From assembly GCA_021202075.1 (NCBI GenBank), contig JAJQDT010000116.1, positions 127,821 to 191,820 of the forward strand: a DNA stretch of 64,000 nucleotides. Direction: 5' to 3'. This DNA comes from Lachnospiraceae bacterium (GTDB taxonomy: Bacteria > Bacillota > Clostridia > Lachnospirales > Lachnospiraceae). The position numbers and the translations under genes are program-made. Below the pieces are notes generated by a model, which saw only the letters and a list, made by a program, of their open reading frames with translations, searched no databases and was not told the DNA's origin. The stretch's first letter is position 1; every line of letters begins with the position of its first letter. Shown here piece after piece: positions 20,512 through 29,342 of the stretch.

Positions 20512-20770
20512 AATCGGATAGGGGGAGTCCTCTCCCCCTATCCGCCTGCGCGGTTGCTGTGTGCCAGTGGCACACGTTTTATGTCCCGATTTTCGCAGAA
20601 AATCGAGGACGTAGGCCCTCGCCGGGTGGCATCCCACACTTCGTGTGGGATATTCACCGACCGAAGCGGAGCGTAGACGCGTGTGGCGCTTATCCCGTCC
20701 GAAGGACGAGGATGCCTCGCGGCGAGCGTAAACCACAAAATTCCTTCCACGCCCCTGTACATGATGCATT
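20512..20770. repeat. Composite palindromic repeat (modules A+B+C+D)
   Basis: ATCGGATAGGGGGAG..CTCCCCCTATCCG hairpin plus modules shared with 6075, 11237, 21419, 29110, 40032, 40727 and 46205. Confidence 0.85.
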
Positions 20771-20978
20771 AAAACAAAAATAATACTCTGTACATTACGT
20801 AAAATAGATTATATATTATTACTATATATATTTCAAGCCATTTTTATAGTATAGTTTATATGGTATGAAATCATTCGCCAGACAATCCTGGCATTGGTAT
20901 GGTCAATGATGAAACCATTGGCATTGATAACCACAGGCTGCCTTTTTACTTTTACAGATATGAACCGGAGGAAAATCC

Positions 20979-21308
20979 ATGACTCAGAACGATTATGAAA
21001 AACTTGGAGGAAAAATCAAAGAGCTTCGCACACAGATGCACCTGACCCAGGCAGAGGTTGCCAGCGCGCTGGACGTCACGCCCGGCTATATCAGCAACGT
21101 GGAAAACAACCGCTCCGCCATGTCCCTGCGCATTTTAATTTATTATGCAAAACTAATGGGAATTTCACTGGACTCACTGATTGGCACCATTGATTCCGAA
21201 TACCAGCCGGAAGCACTCGACCGTGAGATTTTAAATGAGCTCTCCAGCATGGATCTCGAAACAAAGGAAAAAGTCCTGCGGACGATCCGGCTGTGGAAGG
21301 AATCATAA
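20979..21308 (+). CDS. XRE/HTH_3 transcriptional regulator
   Basis: IKELRTQMHLTQAEVASALDVTPGYISNVENN. Confidence 0.9.
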   Translation: MTQNDYEKLGGKIKELRTQMHLTQAEVASALDVTPGYISNVENNRSAMSLRILIYYAKLMGISLDSLIGTIDSEYQPEALDREILNELSSMDLETKEKVLRTIRLWKES

Positions 21309-21324
21309 GCTGCCGGGTACAATA

Positions 21325-21453
21325 ATGGAAGCCGCGCGATAATAATCGCTTCGCGGCCTGCGCCCATACTCACACCGCGAGTACGGACATACAATGCAAC
21401 ATCCTGATCATTTTTTATAATCGGATAGGGGGGAATACTCTCTCCTTATCCGC
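21325..21453. repeat. Repeat module H followed by module A
   Basis: ATGGAAGCCGCGC...CGCGGCCT.CG.CCATA...GGACAT..AATG shared with 48688-48750; module A hairpin at 21419-21453. Confidence 0.65.
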
Positions 21454-21520
21454 TATGCAGACGCAATCCCAATCCCAGGGGTTACCAAGAGCCATCGGTA
21501 CCGATTCGCGTCTCGAATCA

Positions 21521-22843
21521 CTATATTTTTACCTTTTTCCCGGCGCAGTCCTTGCAGGTACCAAGATTCACGTGCCCGATTCCTCCATAAGAGAGGAAAG
21601 CACTTTCTTTCGCAATCTTTCCGCAGAACTCGCACCGAATCCACCGATTCCCTTCCGCATCGCGAACCGGTCGGACTTGCTGGGATAAATTCGTCTCCAT
21701 ATTGCGTTTGAACTCCTCTTCCCGCAATCTGGCTTCCAACTGTTCTTTTCTGATTTCCTCTTTCCGTTTCTCCTCAAGCTCTGCGCGCCGCCGGTTTGCT
21801 TCCTCTTTCCTGCGCTCCTGTTCCGCTTCGTAAGCTTCCAGCCGTTTTCTGGCAGCTTCGGCCCTGCGCTCTTCGAACTCTCTGAGTCTTCTTGCCGCCT
21901 CCTCCTGTTTTCTGGCCTCTTCATCCCTGCGGGCCTGCCTGCGCTCATTTTCCTTTAAAAAAGAATTCTCCCTTTTCTCCATCAGTGAAATCAGCGGCTG
22001 ATTCCGAAAGTCAACAGAGCCATCTTCATTGATGCGAAACTCGGACAGCATCCCCTCTGCAAAAACAATTTCCTTCCAAAAGCCATCAATGTCCTGTGCA
22101 TAAAAAACGGCTTTCAGAGCTGCACGGCTATAATCCGCGTCCGTAATTACCGTATACTCAGGCGCCTTTCCTTCGCACAGAAGCAGGCAATATCCCTGCC
22201 TGTTCTGTACTTTCATCAATCCCTCCGGATACTGTCCCCCGCACCCGCCATTTGCAAAATCAACGACGTAAATAACATGAATTCCCCGACTGTTATTTTC
22301 GAGAATTTCTATCTTCTCGTCCGAAAGATTCGCTCTGTCACGGCAATAGCTCACAGCCAGCTTCTTTTCCGCTGACAAAAATGTAAACTCATATTTTCTG
22401 TCCGCATCCTCTAATCCTTCATTTGTAAAGCGGGCATCCGCGGGCGAGCTGCCCTTCTGCTCATCCGTGCCGGGAACCGCTTTTACCAGCGTATAAATCG
22501 GTACGCGGCTTTCCAGATCCGGCGCTCTCAGCTTATCATCCAGCCAGCACTTCAACACAATTTTGGAGTAAATGGAGGTGCTTCCCTCAGCAATCGCAGT
22601 GCACCTGGCGTTGAAGGAACCATCCTTTATCCTGAAATGCTGCTCCCGTTCATTTTTATCTCCAGCTACCAGAATCAGATTGGATCCGCAGCCGCACGGG
22701 CAAAACAATTCATTCTTCCTGCTCTTCTCGCGAAGCTTCTTTACCTTCTCCGGGATATTAATCTGCCGACCCTGAATAACTGTATAAATAGATTCAATGC
22801 CAATATATTTACCCTCACACAGGCATACCGTTCTTTGCGCCAT
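21521..22843 (-). CDS. Hypothetical protein with CoiA-like N-terminal Zn-ribbon, coiled coil and C-terminal Zn finger
   Basis: LFCPCGCG...HFR, central nuclease-like region, E/R-rich coil, CEFC...CKDC. Confidence 0.6.
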   Translation of the reverse strand: MAQRTVCLCEGKYIGIESIYTVIQGRQINIPEKVKKLREKSRKNELFCPCGCGSNLILVAGDKNEREQHFRIKDGSFNARCTAIAEGSTSIYSKIVLKCWLDDKLRAPDLESRVPIYTLVKAVPGTDEQKGSSPADARFTNEGLEDADRKYEFTFLSAEKKLAVSYCRDRANLSDEKIEILENNSRGIHVIYVVDFANGGCGGQYPEGLMKVQNRQGYCLLLCEGKAPEYTVITDADYSRAALKAVFYAQDIDGFWKEIVFAEGMLSEFRINEDGSVDFRNQPLISLMEKRENSFLKENERRQARRDEEARKQEEAARRLREFEERRAEAARKRLEAYEAEQERRKEEANRRRAELEEKRKEEIRKEQLEARLREEEFKRNMETNLSQQVRPVRDAEGNRWIRCEFCGKIAKESAFLSYGGIGHVNLGTCKDCAGKKVKI

Positions 22844-23003
22844 AGAACCATCGCCTCCATTATTTCCGATATATCAGCTTGTTTCTTTCCGCCACGCCCC
22901 CATTATATCAGCCCCGCCCGTCACGAACAAGAAGAATATCCACATTCTCACTGTAAATTCATCGTATTTTTTCGCGTCAGTTCAAAGCGGAATATATATC
23001 GAA

Positions 23004-24236
23004 TCAAAGTGGTTTCGCCATATGGTACTCTCTCATATCCATCAGGGTAACAGACACCTTTCTTCCATTTCTGGTGACCACCGGGTATATTCCTGTCATC
23101 GGCAGAAAACCCATACCTGTCATTTCACTTTGCGTATGCCCTTTCAAAAAAGGCATGCGAGTATTCGCGTTGACCCGTTTCATGATATCCGAAAATTTTT
23201 CAGCTAATTCCTCCGACGGAAAATTTACCATAGAATCCTGACTGATATGACGAATATCCTGAAGAAATCCGGTGTCAAACACTGCCTGCCACATAGTAGC
23301 GCACAACTTGGAGGCCGACTTTGCAGAATGCTTCAAATCAGTGTTCGCAAAGCTCCACAGTTCCTGATAAGCTCTCTGTCGAAATGGGTATCCATTTTTC
23401 GCGTACTCCTGTATTTCCTCTTTTGTCGGTATGTAATACTCAATACCGTCGAACAATAAGCTTTCAAACCTCTCAAATGAGCATACAGATACATACTCTT
23501 TCGAAATGACATTTCCATCAATGATCTGACAGGGATTCATATCTTCCGGCACTTCGTCCAAAAGCTTCAGGAACTCCTTAAAGCCCAGCCGAAGCTCCGT
23601 CTCCCTCCGAAACATTCGATGCAAAATTTTTGCCGGAGCCGCCACATAAATCCGTACAAACGTTTCCAGGCAATCTCTCAGCCAGAGTATCTGCCTGTGC
23701 AGATTTCGATAACCGGTATTCCGAATATAGTTATAAACCTGAGCTACATCCGACGGGACCTGATAAGTCTCATCTGTATAAACCGTAACATATCCAATAT
23801 CATTCCAAAATTCATCCAGATTTTCTTTATCCTCTGCTATCGGATCCGAGCGGCCGATTTCAAGCAATCGCTCGAGCGCATCCAGTTCCTCCTCACTATA
23901 CCAGAAGAGCTCTTCCCGCATGTTTGCAGGCATAAGCAAATAACCCGCCAGTTCATGAACCCGCTCCTCTTTTTTCTTTCCTTCACTCGACAGGTGAAAA
24001 TCTTCCATGGTCTCTTCAAGCCAGTCCTCTGTGTAAGCGATCAGATTGCCTTCCAGCGTATCATCATCGATTTCCTCTGTTTTTCTCTCTCCTGCTCCTG
24101 CCAGCGCTTCGCCCAATGCTTTCTCGGCCAGTTCCACATGATTCCGAAGCTGCCTGCACTCAGCCTGAAGCTGCTCCAGATTTGATTCCGTTCTTTTCAG
24201 TCTGGCAGTTAACTGTTCCATGTTATCTTCCGTCAT
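23004..24236 (-). CDS. Hypothetical protein, N-terminal coiled coil, resembling SEC-C-associated family
   Basis: 410-aa ORF with RBS; NANTRMPFLKGHT motif near the C-terminus. Confidence 0.65.
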   Translation of the reverse strand: MTEDNMEQLTARLKRTESNLEQLQAECRQLRNHVELAEKALGEALAGAGERKTEEIDDDTLEGNLIAYTEDWLEETMEDFHLSSEGKKKEERVHELAGYLLMPANMREELFWYSEEELDALERLLEIGRSDPIAEDKENLDEFWNDIGYVTVYTDETYQVPSDVAQVYNYIRNTGYRNLHRQILWLRDCLETFVRIYVAAPAKILHRMFRRETELRLGFKEFLKLLDEVPEDMNPCQIIDGNVISKEYVSVCSFERFESLLFDGIEYYIPTKEEIQEYAKNGYPFRQRAYQELWSFANTDLKHSAKSASKLCATMWQAVFDTGFLQDIRHISQDSMVNFPSEELAEKFSDIMKRVNANTRMPFLKGHTQSEMTGMGFLPMTGIYPVVTRNGRKVSVTLMDMREYHMAKPL

Positions 24237-24356
24237 GTAAATCTCCTTCTTTCAGAAAAATCTGTTGCTAAAATTGTAAAATATGATACTATCTTTCTGT
24301 CACCTGAATCATGCTATTGATTCATATTCAAACCTCATAAACGGTGGAGAGCATTT

Positions 24357-25094
24357 ATGGCACTGTACGCAATCGGGGATTTTCACCTTTCCTTCCAGTC
24401 CGATAAATCCATGGATAAATTCGGAAGTGTCTGGAGGCGGCATGAGGAGAAGATTCAGAAAAACTGCAGCAAATTGATCCGCCCGGAGGATACGCTCGTG
24501 ATCACCGGAGACCATTCCTGGGGCCGGAAGATGGAGGAATGCCGCGAGGATCTCTCTTTCATCGAAGCGCTGCCTGGGCGGAAGATTTTGCTGCGGGGCA
24601 ATCACGATATGTTCTGGGACGCGAAGAAGACCGAGCGGCTGAACCGGGAATTTCAGGGGCGGCTTTTGTTTTTGCAGAACAATTATTATTCCTACGGGGA
24701 CTATGCCCTCGTGGGGACAAAGGGATATACGTTTGAAGGCCCTTTTTATCTGAACCGGCGAGGGCAGATTGTCGGCTGGGATGAGGAGAAGGAGCTGCAC
24801 GCCAAAAAGCTGGTCGAGCGGGAACTGGAACGGCTGCAGCAGTCCTTCGATGCGGCCGTTGCGGATGGCTATCAGAAATTCATCCTGTTTCTGCACTATC
24901 CGCCCACCAACGTGATGGAAACAGACAGCCCGTTTACACAGGTAGCGGAGCGCTATCATGCGGCGCATGTCGTGTATTCTCACTGCCACGGAGAAAGCCG
25001 CTTTCACGACAGCATCCGCGGCGACTATCACGGTATAACCTATCATCTGGTTTCCGGAGATTTTCTGAACTTCCGTCCGGAGCGGATTTTATAA
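24357..25094 (+). CDS. Calcineurin-like metallophosphoesterase
   Basis: GDFHL, GDHSW, GNHD, HYPP and HCHG motifs. Confidence 0.92.
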   Translation: MALYAIGDFHLSFQSDKSMDKFGSVWRRHEEKIQKNCSKLIRPEDTLVITGDHSWGRKMEECREDLSFIEALPGRKILLRGNHDMFWDAKKTERLNREFQGRLLFLQNNYYSYGDYALVGTKGYTFEGPFYLNRRGQIVGWDEEKELHAKKLVERELERLQQSFDAAVADGYQKFILFLHYPPTNVMETDSPFTQVAERYHAAHVVYSHCHGESRFHDSIRGDYHGITYHLVSGDFLNFRPERIL

Positions 25095-25104
25095 TACGAA
25101 GTGC

Positions 25105-25264
25105 GGGCTGCGCCGAGGCTTTTATGGCCTGCGATAGCGCCGCCCAAACGCGAAGCGTTTCTTTCATTGGCGGCGCGTTCTGCCGCCGAGCTTAGGCGAG
25201 GGGGCGCTTCCCTTCGCACGCTATACGGTGCAGGATGGGTAAGTTATTTCGCGACAGTTCCTTA
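25105..25264. repeat. Repeat module E with nested module F
   Basis: Module E ends plus internal CTTTCATTGGC...CTGCCGC.GAGC...GCGAGGGGGC shared with 55060-55126. Confidence 0.8.
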
Positions 25265-25363
25265 CCTGACTGCCCGCATTTTACAACCTGATTTTTGCAG
25301 GAAATCAAAGGCACAGGCAACAGGCCCTCCCTTTTGAGTCCGATTGTTCTCTGTATCATATTA

Positions 25364-26110
25364 TCATTCGTCTTCCTGCGCGCAGCTCCCCGGAACAGGC
25401 GGCAGCTCCTGCTGCGGGGAACCATCCGCATTTTCCCTGATCACAATGACAGAATAATAGCTGGGCTGATCCGGGATCTCATCGACATCCATATAAATCC
25501 GCTCATTTTCCATCCCGCAGTTTTCAATCATCATACCCTTCAGATTCTTTTTCCGCAGAGTATCCTTTACCAGCGGCATCTTGGAAGCCGCCTTCATCAG
25601 AACCTTCGTCCCCGGCAGCTCCAGTGCATCTTCAATCTCGTATGTGGATGGAATGATGTGAAGCTGCTCCGAGCGATCCGCCAGGCTGTCTCCGAGTTTC
25701 GCGCTCACCGCACAAAAGGACGGCACACCATTGATAATTTCCGCCTGATAACCGCGATTTTTCACGATCCGGTGAACATAAATATACGTGCAGTAAATCG
25801 TCGGATCCCCGATCGTCAGATACGCGACGTCTTTTCCCTGCTCCAGCTTTTCGATGATCTGCTCCGCCGCCCTCTCATAAGCCGCGTCCAGCACAGCCTT
25901 ATCCTTTGTCATCGGCGTCGCCAGATTCAGGCACTCCTTCTCATCCAGCCCCTTTACCATGCCGGCTGCGATTTTATAGCTCACAGCAGATTCCCTGCCA
26001 TCCGCCGGAACCGCCAGCACCGGGCATCTCTCAATGGTCTCCACCGCCAGAACTGTCATCATCTTCGGGTCGCCCGGTCCCACACCAATCCCATACAACT
26101 TTCCCTTCAT
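25364..26110 (-). CDS. cbiL: Precorrin-2/cobalt-factor II C20-methyltransferase
   Basis: GKLYGIGVGPGDP, PMTKD, LTIGDPTIY, GVPSF and VLMK motifs. Confidence 0.9.
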   Translation of the reverse strand: MKGKLYGIGVGPGDPKMMTVLAVETIERCPVLAVPADGRESAVSYKIAAGMVKGLDEKECLNLATPMTKDKAVLDAAYERAAEQIIEKLEQGKDVAYLTIGDPTIYCTYIYVHRIVKNRGYQAEIINGVPSFCAVSAKLGDSLADRSEQLHIIPSTYEIEDALELPGTKVLMKAASKMPLVKDTLRKKNLKGMMIENCGMENERIYMDVDEIPDQPSYYSVIVIRENADGSPQQELPPVPGSCAQEDE

Positions 26111-26124
26111 GTCATTCGTTCCTT

Positions 26125-26290
26125 CCTCGTTTTGTTCGTACCCCTGTTCTGTTCACTGCTTTATCCTGTTCGTAACCTTATTCTGTTCACAGCCTTGTTC
26201 TGTTCGTAAATCTGTTTTATTTGCAGCTTAGTTCCGTTCATAGCTCTGTTTTGTTCGCAGCTTAGCTTCGACTTTTTGTTCGCAGCTTTC
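26125..26290. repeat. Degenerate 16-bp tandem repeat in the cbiL leader
   Basis: About nine units with core GTTCTGTTC (minus strand GAACAGAAC). Confidence 0.75.
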
Positions 26291-26345
26291 TCTCGTTTTC
26301 CACGATAGCTTCGGCATAAAATCCATGTAATAATCAGCATTTTCT

Positions 26346-26374
26346 ATCATACGCCATCCCCAAAAAAGTGTCAA
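26346..26374 (-). promoter_or_regulatory. Sigma-A promoter of cbiL
   Basis: TTGACA-17 nt-TATGAT. Confidence 0.7.
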
Positions 26375-26522
26375 CCCGGCTGGCAATAGTGAAATACACC
26401 TTGACAACGCCCATATCTTCCCTGACCTGGTACCAGAAGCTCACCTGATTAGCATCTGCTCCAGCTCTCTCGCAGCGACGCTCAGCGGACCGCCGGCAGA
26501 GACATCATTCCGATAGATGGAG

Positions 26523-26849
26523 CTAAAGGAGCTTTTTTAACTTATCCAGAAAAGCTTCCTCTCCCCACGTATTCACCTTAAAAAACAGTGCTGTGCTGCC
26601 GCCGGATGCGATCGCTGAAAGACGGATTTCTCCATCCCCCGCTTGGAACAGGGTTACGCTCAGGCTGACCCTGTTGCCGCCCACATTGCTGTAGCGTTCA
26701 AACACACGTACACTGCATCGCGCCGAACCCCCTTTAAAATCGCTCTGTCCCTCCAAAGTCGCTGAAATACTTCCTTTTAAAATTCCATCTTCGATTTTTC
26801 GAAGAAGACAATCGAAATCGCCAGTACGCGTTACCTCCAGTTTTGCCAT
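26523..26849 (-). CDS. Conserved hypothetical protein (DUF6054-like)
   Basis: CSVRVFERYS...NRVSLSVTL...SGGS...FFKVNTWGEEAFL; AGGAGG RBS before ATG 26849. Confidence 0.75.
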   Translation of the reverse strand: MAKLEVTRTGDFDCLLRKIEDGILKGSISATLEGQSDFKGGSARCSVRVFERYSNVGGNRVSLSVTLFQAGDGEIRLSAIASGGSTALFFKVNTWGEEAFLDKLKKLL

Positions 26850-27196
26850 AATTCCTCCTTGTGCATTCTGTCTGCTGTTGCGCCGATCGCGCGATGCAAA
26901 AAATCCCCGCACAGCACGAATCAATTTCTGCCCTGATTATACAGGTTCCCCCGGCGCAATACCGGAAGAAAATCTTAACCATTCGAAAGATTTTATTAAA
27001 AACACCCCAGATGTGGTCACACAGACACTGGGGTGATTTTCTTCTCATTTCCTATTATTATTACAACAGTACCTGTATCTCTATATTCACATAGTGGATA
27101 TATGCGAAATCAATTTCCCGATTTACGCAAAATATTGAGAACGGTACCCATTTATAATTACGCAGCTTCCATACTACAGGTTCTCCTCCGATCACT

Positions 27197-27310
27197 TCAC
27201 CTGTTTTTCTTACTTTTCATATTTGTCCGAACAGCCGCTCCTGCAATCAGAGCCACCAGAGCCGCCACAGATATCGCATATCCGATTATCGAAATCACTT
27301 CTCCGTTCAT
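27197..27310 (-). CDS. 37-aa single-pass membrane peptide MNGEVISIIGYAISVAALVALIAGAAVRTNMKSKKNR
   Basis: GGAGGT RBS, hydrophobic helix then basic tail; below the ORF-track cutoff. Confidence 0.6.
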   Translation of the reverse strand: MNGEVISIIGYAISVAALVALIAGAAVRTNMKSKKNR

Positions 27311-27410
27311 GCCTGCACCTCCGTTTCATAAACCCTCGTAAAGAAAGCTCATCGTCATCGCTTCACGTTGTTAGTTTAACAGAATCGCCTGATCTGCACT
27401 ATCATGTATG

Positions 27411-27438
27411 CGTAAAGAGAATGTAAAATCTGCGTAAG
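27411..27438 (-). promoter_or_regulatory. OmpR/PhoP-type triple direct-repeat box
   Basis: CTTACG-N5-TTTACA-N5-TTTACG with 11-bp period; near-identical to 39969-39996. Confidence 0.65.
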
Positions 27439-27508
27439 CGGACGCACCGGGGATTTCTACACTTTCGTTACAGTCGGTTCCTGACGCGTGCCGCCGTTGT
27501 ACAGGAAC

Positions 27509-27590
27509 GGGCTGCGTCCAGGCTTTTATGGTCTGCGAATCGCGCGTGAGGTGGTACAGGATACATAAGTTATTTCATAACAGAGCCTTA
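27509..27590. repeat. Dispersed repeat, module E
   Basis: GGGCTGCGTCCAGGCTTTTATGGTCTGCG...AAGTTATTTC..AACAG..CCTTA. Confidence 0.8.
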
Positions 27591-27720
27591 GCGCGAAACT
27601 GTGATTTTAGCCAGAAATCTGCTTGAAATCCCAGGCAAACTTTTGTATGATAAGAAACTGATTTGAGCAACACAAGGAAAGGAAACAATAGAACTATCAT
27701 CACCTCGGAGGAACTCAACT

Positions 27721-29079
27721 ATGTCCGCTAAAAAGGAAATCTCATTTACAGAAGGACCCATCTTTGGCTCTCTGATCCGGTTCGCGGGACCGGTTCTGGG
27801 GGCGCTGATCCTGCAGGCCGCCTATGGGGCGGTGGACCTGCTTGTGGTCGGTCAGTTCGGCGACGCGGCGAGCATCTCCGCCGTCGGCACCGCGAGCAGC
27901 TTCATGCAGATGGTCACGTTTATTATCACAAGCCTGGCGATGGGTTCCACCGTACTGATCGGGCAGCATATTGGGGAGAAGAATCCAAAGGCGGCGGGAG
28001 ACGCGGTCGGCACAACCATCGTCCTGTTCGTCGTGATCGGCATTGTCATGACCGTTGCGCTGGAGGCCGCGGCCGGAACGATTGTCCGGGTTCTTCAGGT
28101 GCCGGATGACGCAGTTGGCAAAGCCATCCTGTATCTGCGCATCTGCTCCGGAGGATTTCTGATCATTATCACCTACAATGTCATCAGCGGCGTCCTGCGC
28201 GGCATCGGAAACGCAAATCTTCCGTTTATTTTTGTCAGCATTGCCTGCGTGGTAAACATTGCCGCCGATCTGCTGCTGACCGGTCTGCTCGGCATGGACG
28301 TGGCAGGCGTCGCGATCGCCACTGTTTTCGCCCAGTTCGTCTCAGTGATCCTGTCCCTCGGCATCATCCGCAGGCAGAGCATGCCGATTGAATTCTCAAT
28401 GAGCCAGTGCCGTATCCACCCGGTCGAGCTGCGAAAAATCCTGCACGTCGGCATTCCGATCGCACTGCAGGAGACACTCGGCCAGATCTCATTTCTGGTG
28501 ATTAACTCGATCGTAAACAGCATGGGGCTCATGCCTTCCGCCGGCTACGGCGTCGCGCAGAAGCTGGTCTCCTTTATCATGCTGATCCCGTCCTCCGTCA
28601 TGCAGAGCGTCTCTGCCTTCGTGGCGCAGAACATCGGCGCCGCACAGAAAAAACGGGCCCAGCGCGGCTATCTCACCGCGATGGGCACCGGCGTGTGCAT
28701 CGGAGTCGTTGTCTTCCTGATTGGGTTTTTCGGGGGCTCCGCCCTGTCGTCACTGTTCACCTCCGACGCGGAGGTCATTGCGGAGAGCGCCAGCTACCTG
28801 CGCGGATTCTGCTTCGACTGCATCCTCACCTGCATTATGTTCAGCACGAGCGGTTATTTCAACGGCTGCGGAAACAGCTTTCCGGTCATGCTCCAGGGCA
28901 TCACCGCCGCTTTCTGCGTCCGCATCCCGGTTGCGCTGTTCATGGCGTCCCTGCCGGGCACCTCACTCTTTTACATCGGCCTGACGACGCCAATCGCCAC
29001 AATTTACGGGATTCTCTTCTACGGAATCTGCTTCGCGTGGCTGCGCAGGAAAGACCGAAAGAGAGTTCACGACGCCTGA
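27721..29079 (+). CDS. MATE family efflux transporter
   Basis: FTEGPI...FAGP...LQAAYGAVDLLVVGQFG; GVAIATVFAQ; AQNIGA; about 12 TM segments. Confidence 0.93.
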   Translation: MSAKKEISFTEGPIFGSLIRFAGPVLGALILQAAYGAVDLLVVGQFGDAASISAVGTASSFMQMVTFIITSLAMGSTVLIGQHIGEKNPKAAGDAVGTTIVLFVVIGIVMTVALEAAAGTIVRVLQVPDDAVGKAILYLRICSGGFLIIITYNVISGVLRGIGNANLPFIFVSIACVVNIAADLLLTGLLGMDVAGVAIATVFAQFVSVILSLGIIRRQSMPIEFSMSQCRIHPVELRKILHVGIPIALQETLGQISFLVINSIVNSMGLMPSAGYGVAQKLVSFIMLIPSSVMQSVSAFVAQNIGAAQKKRAQRGYLTAMGTGVCIGVVVFLIGFFGGSALSSLFTSDAEVIAESASYLRGFCFDCILTCIMFSTSGYFNGCGNSFPVMLQGITAAFCVRIPVALFMASLPGTSLFYIGLTTPIATIYGILFYGICFAWLRRKDRKRVHDA

Positions 29080-29109
29080 CGCCGTGAACTCCCCCATTTT
29101 ACTTATCGT

Positions 29110-29204
29110 ATCGGATAGGGGGAGTCCTCTCCCCCCTATCCGCCGCGCCAGGCCGCGTCCGGCTTTAGCCGGAAATTTCCTTATGCGGCCTGTGTGCATA
29201 AAAA
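29110..29204. repeat. Palindromic repeat (module A, ending GTGCATAAAA)
   Basis: Near-identical hairpin to 20513-20545; GGCTTTAGCCG shared with 40080. Confidence 0.85.
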
Positions 29205-29234
29205 GAGGCGGTGTCTGAATGCTTCCACCGCCTC
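29200..29234 (-). terminator. Intrinsic terminator after the sugar SBP gene
   Basis: GAGGCGGTG...CACCGCCTC followed by TTTTT on the minus strand. Confidence 0.7.
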
Positions 29235-29342
29235 AATTCGTCCTCAAAGGGCAAAACTCATTTTAGTCTGGCCAAGTCCTGGTTCAAGTCAATCCTGCTT
29301 CATACCAGTCTTACTCCAGGTCAATTTTACTTCAGGCCGGTT

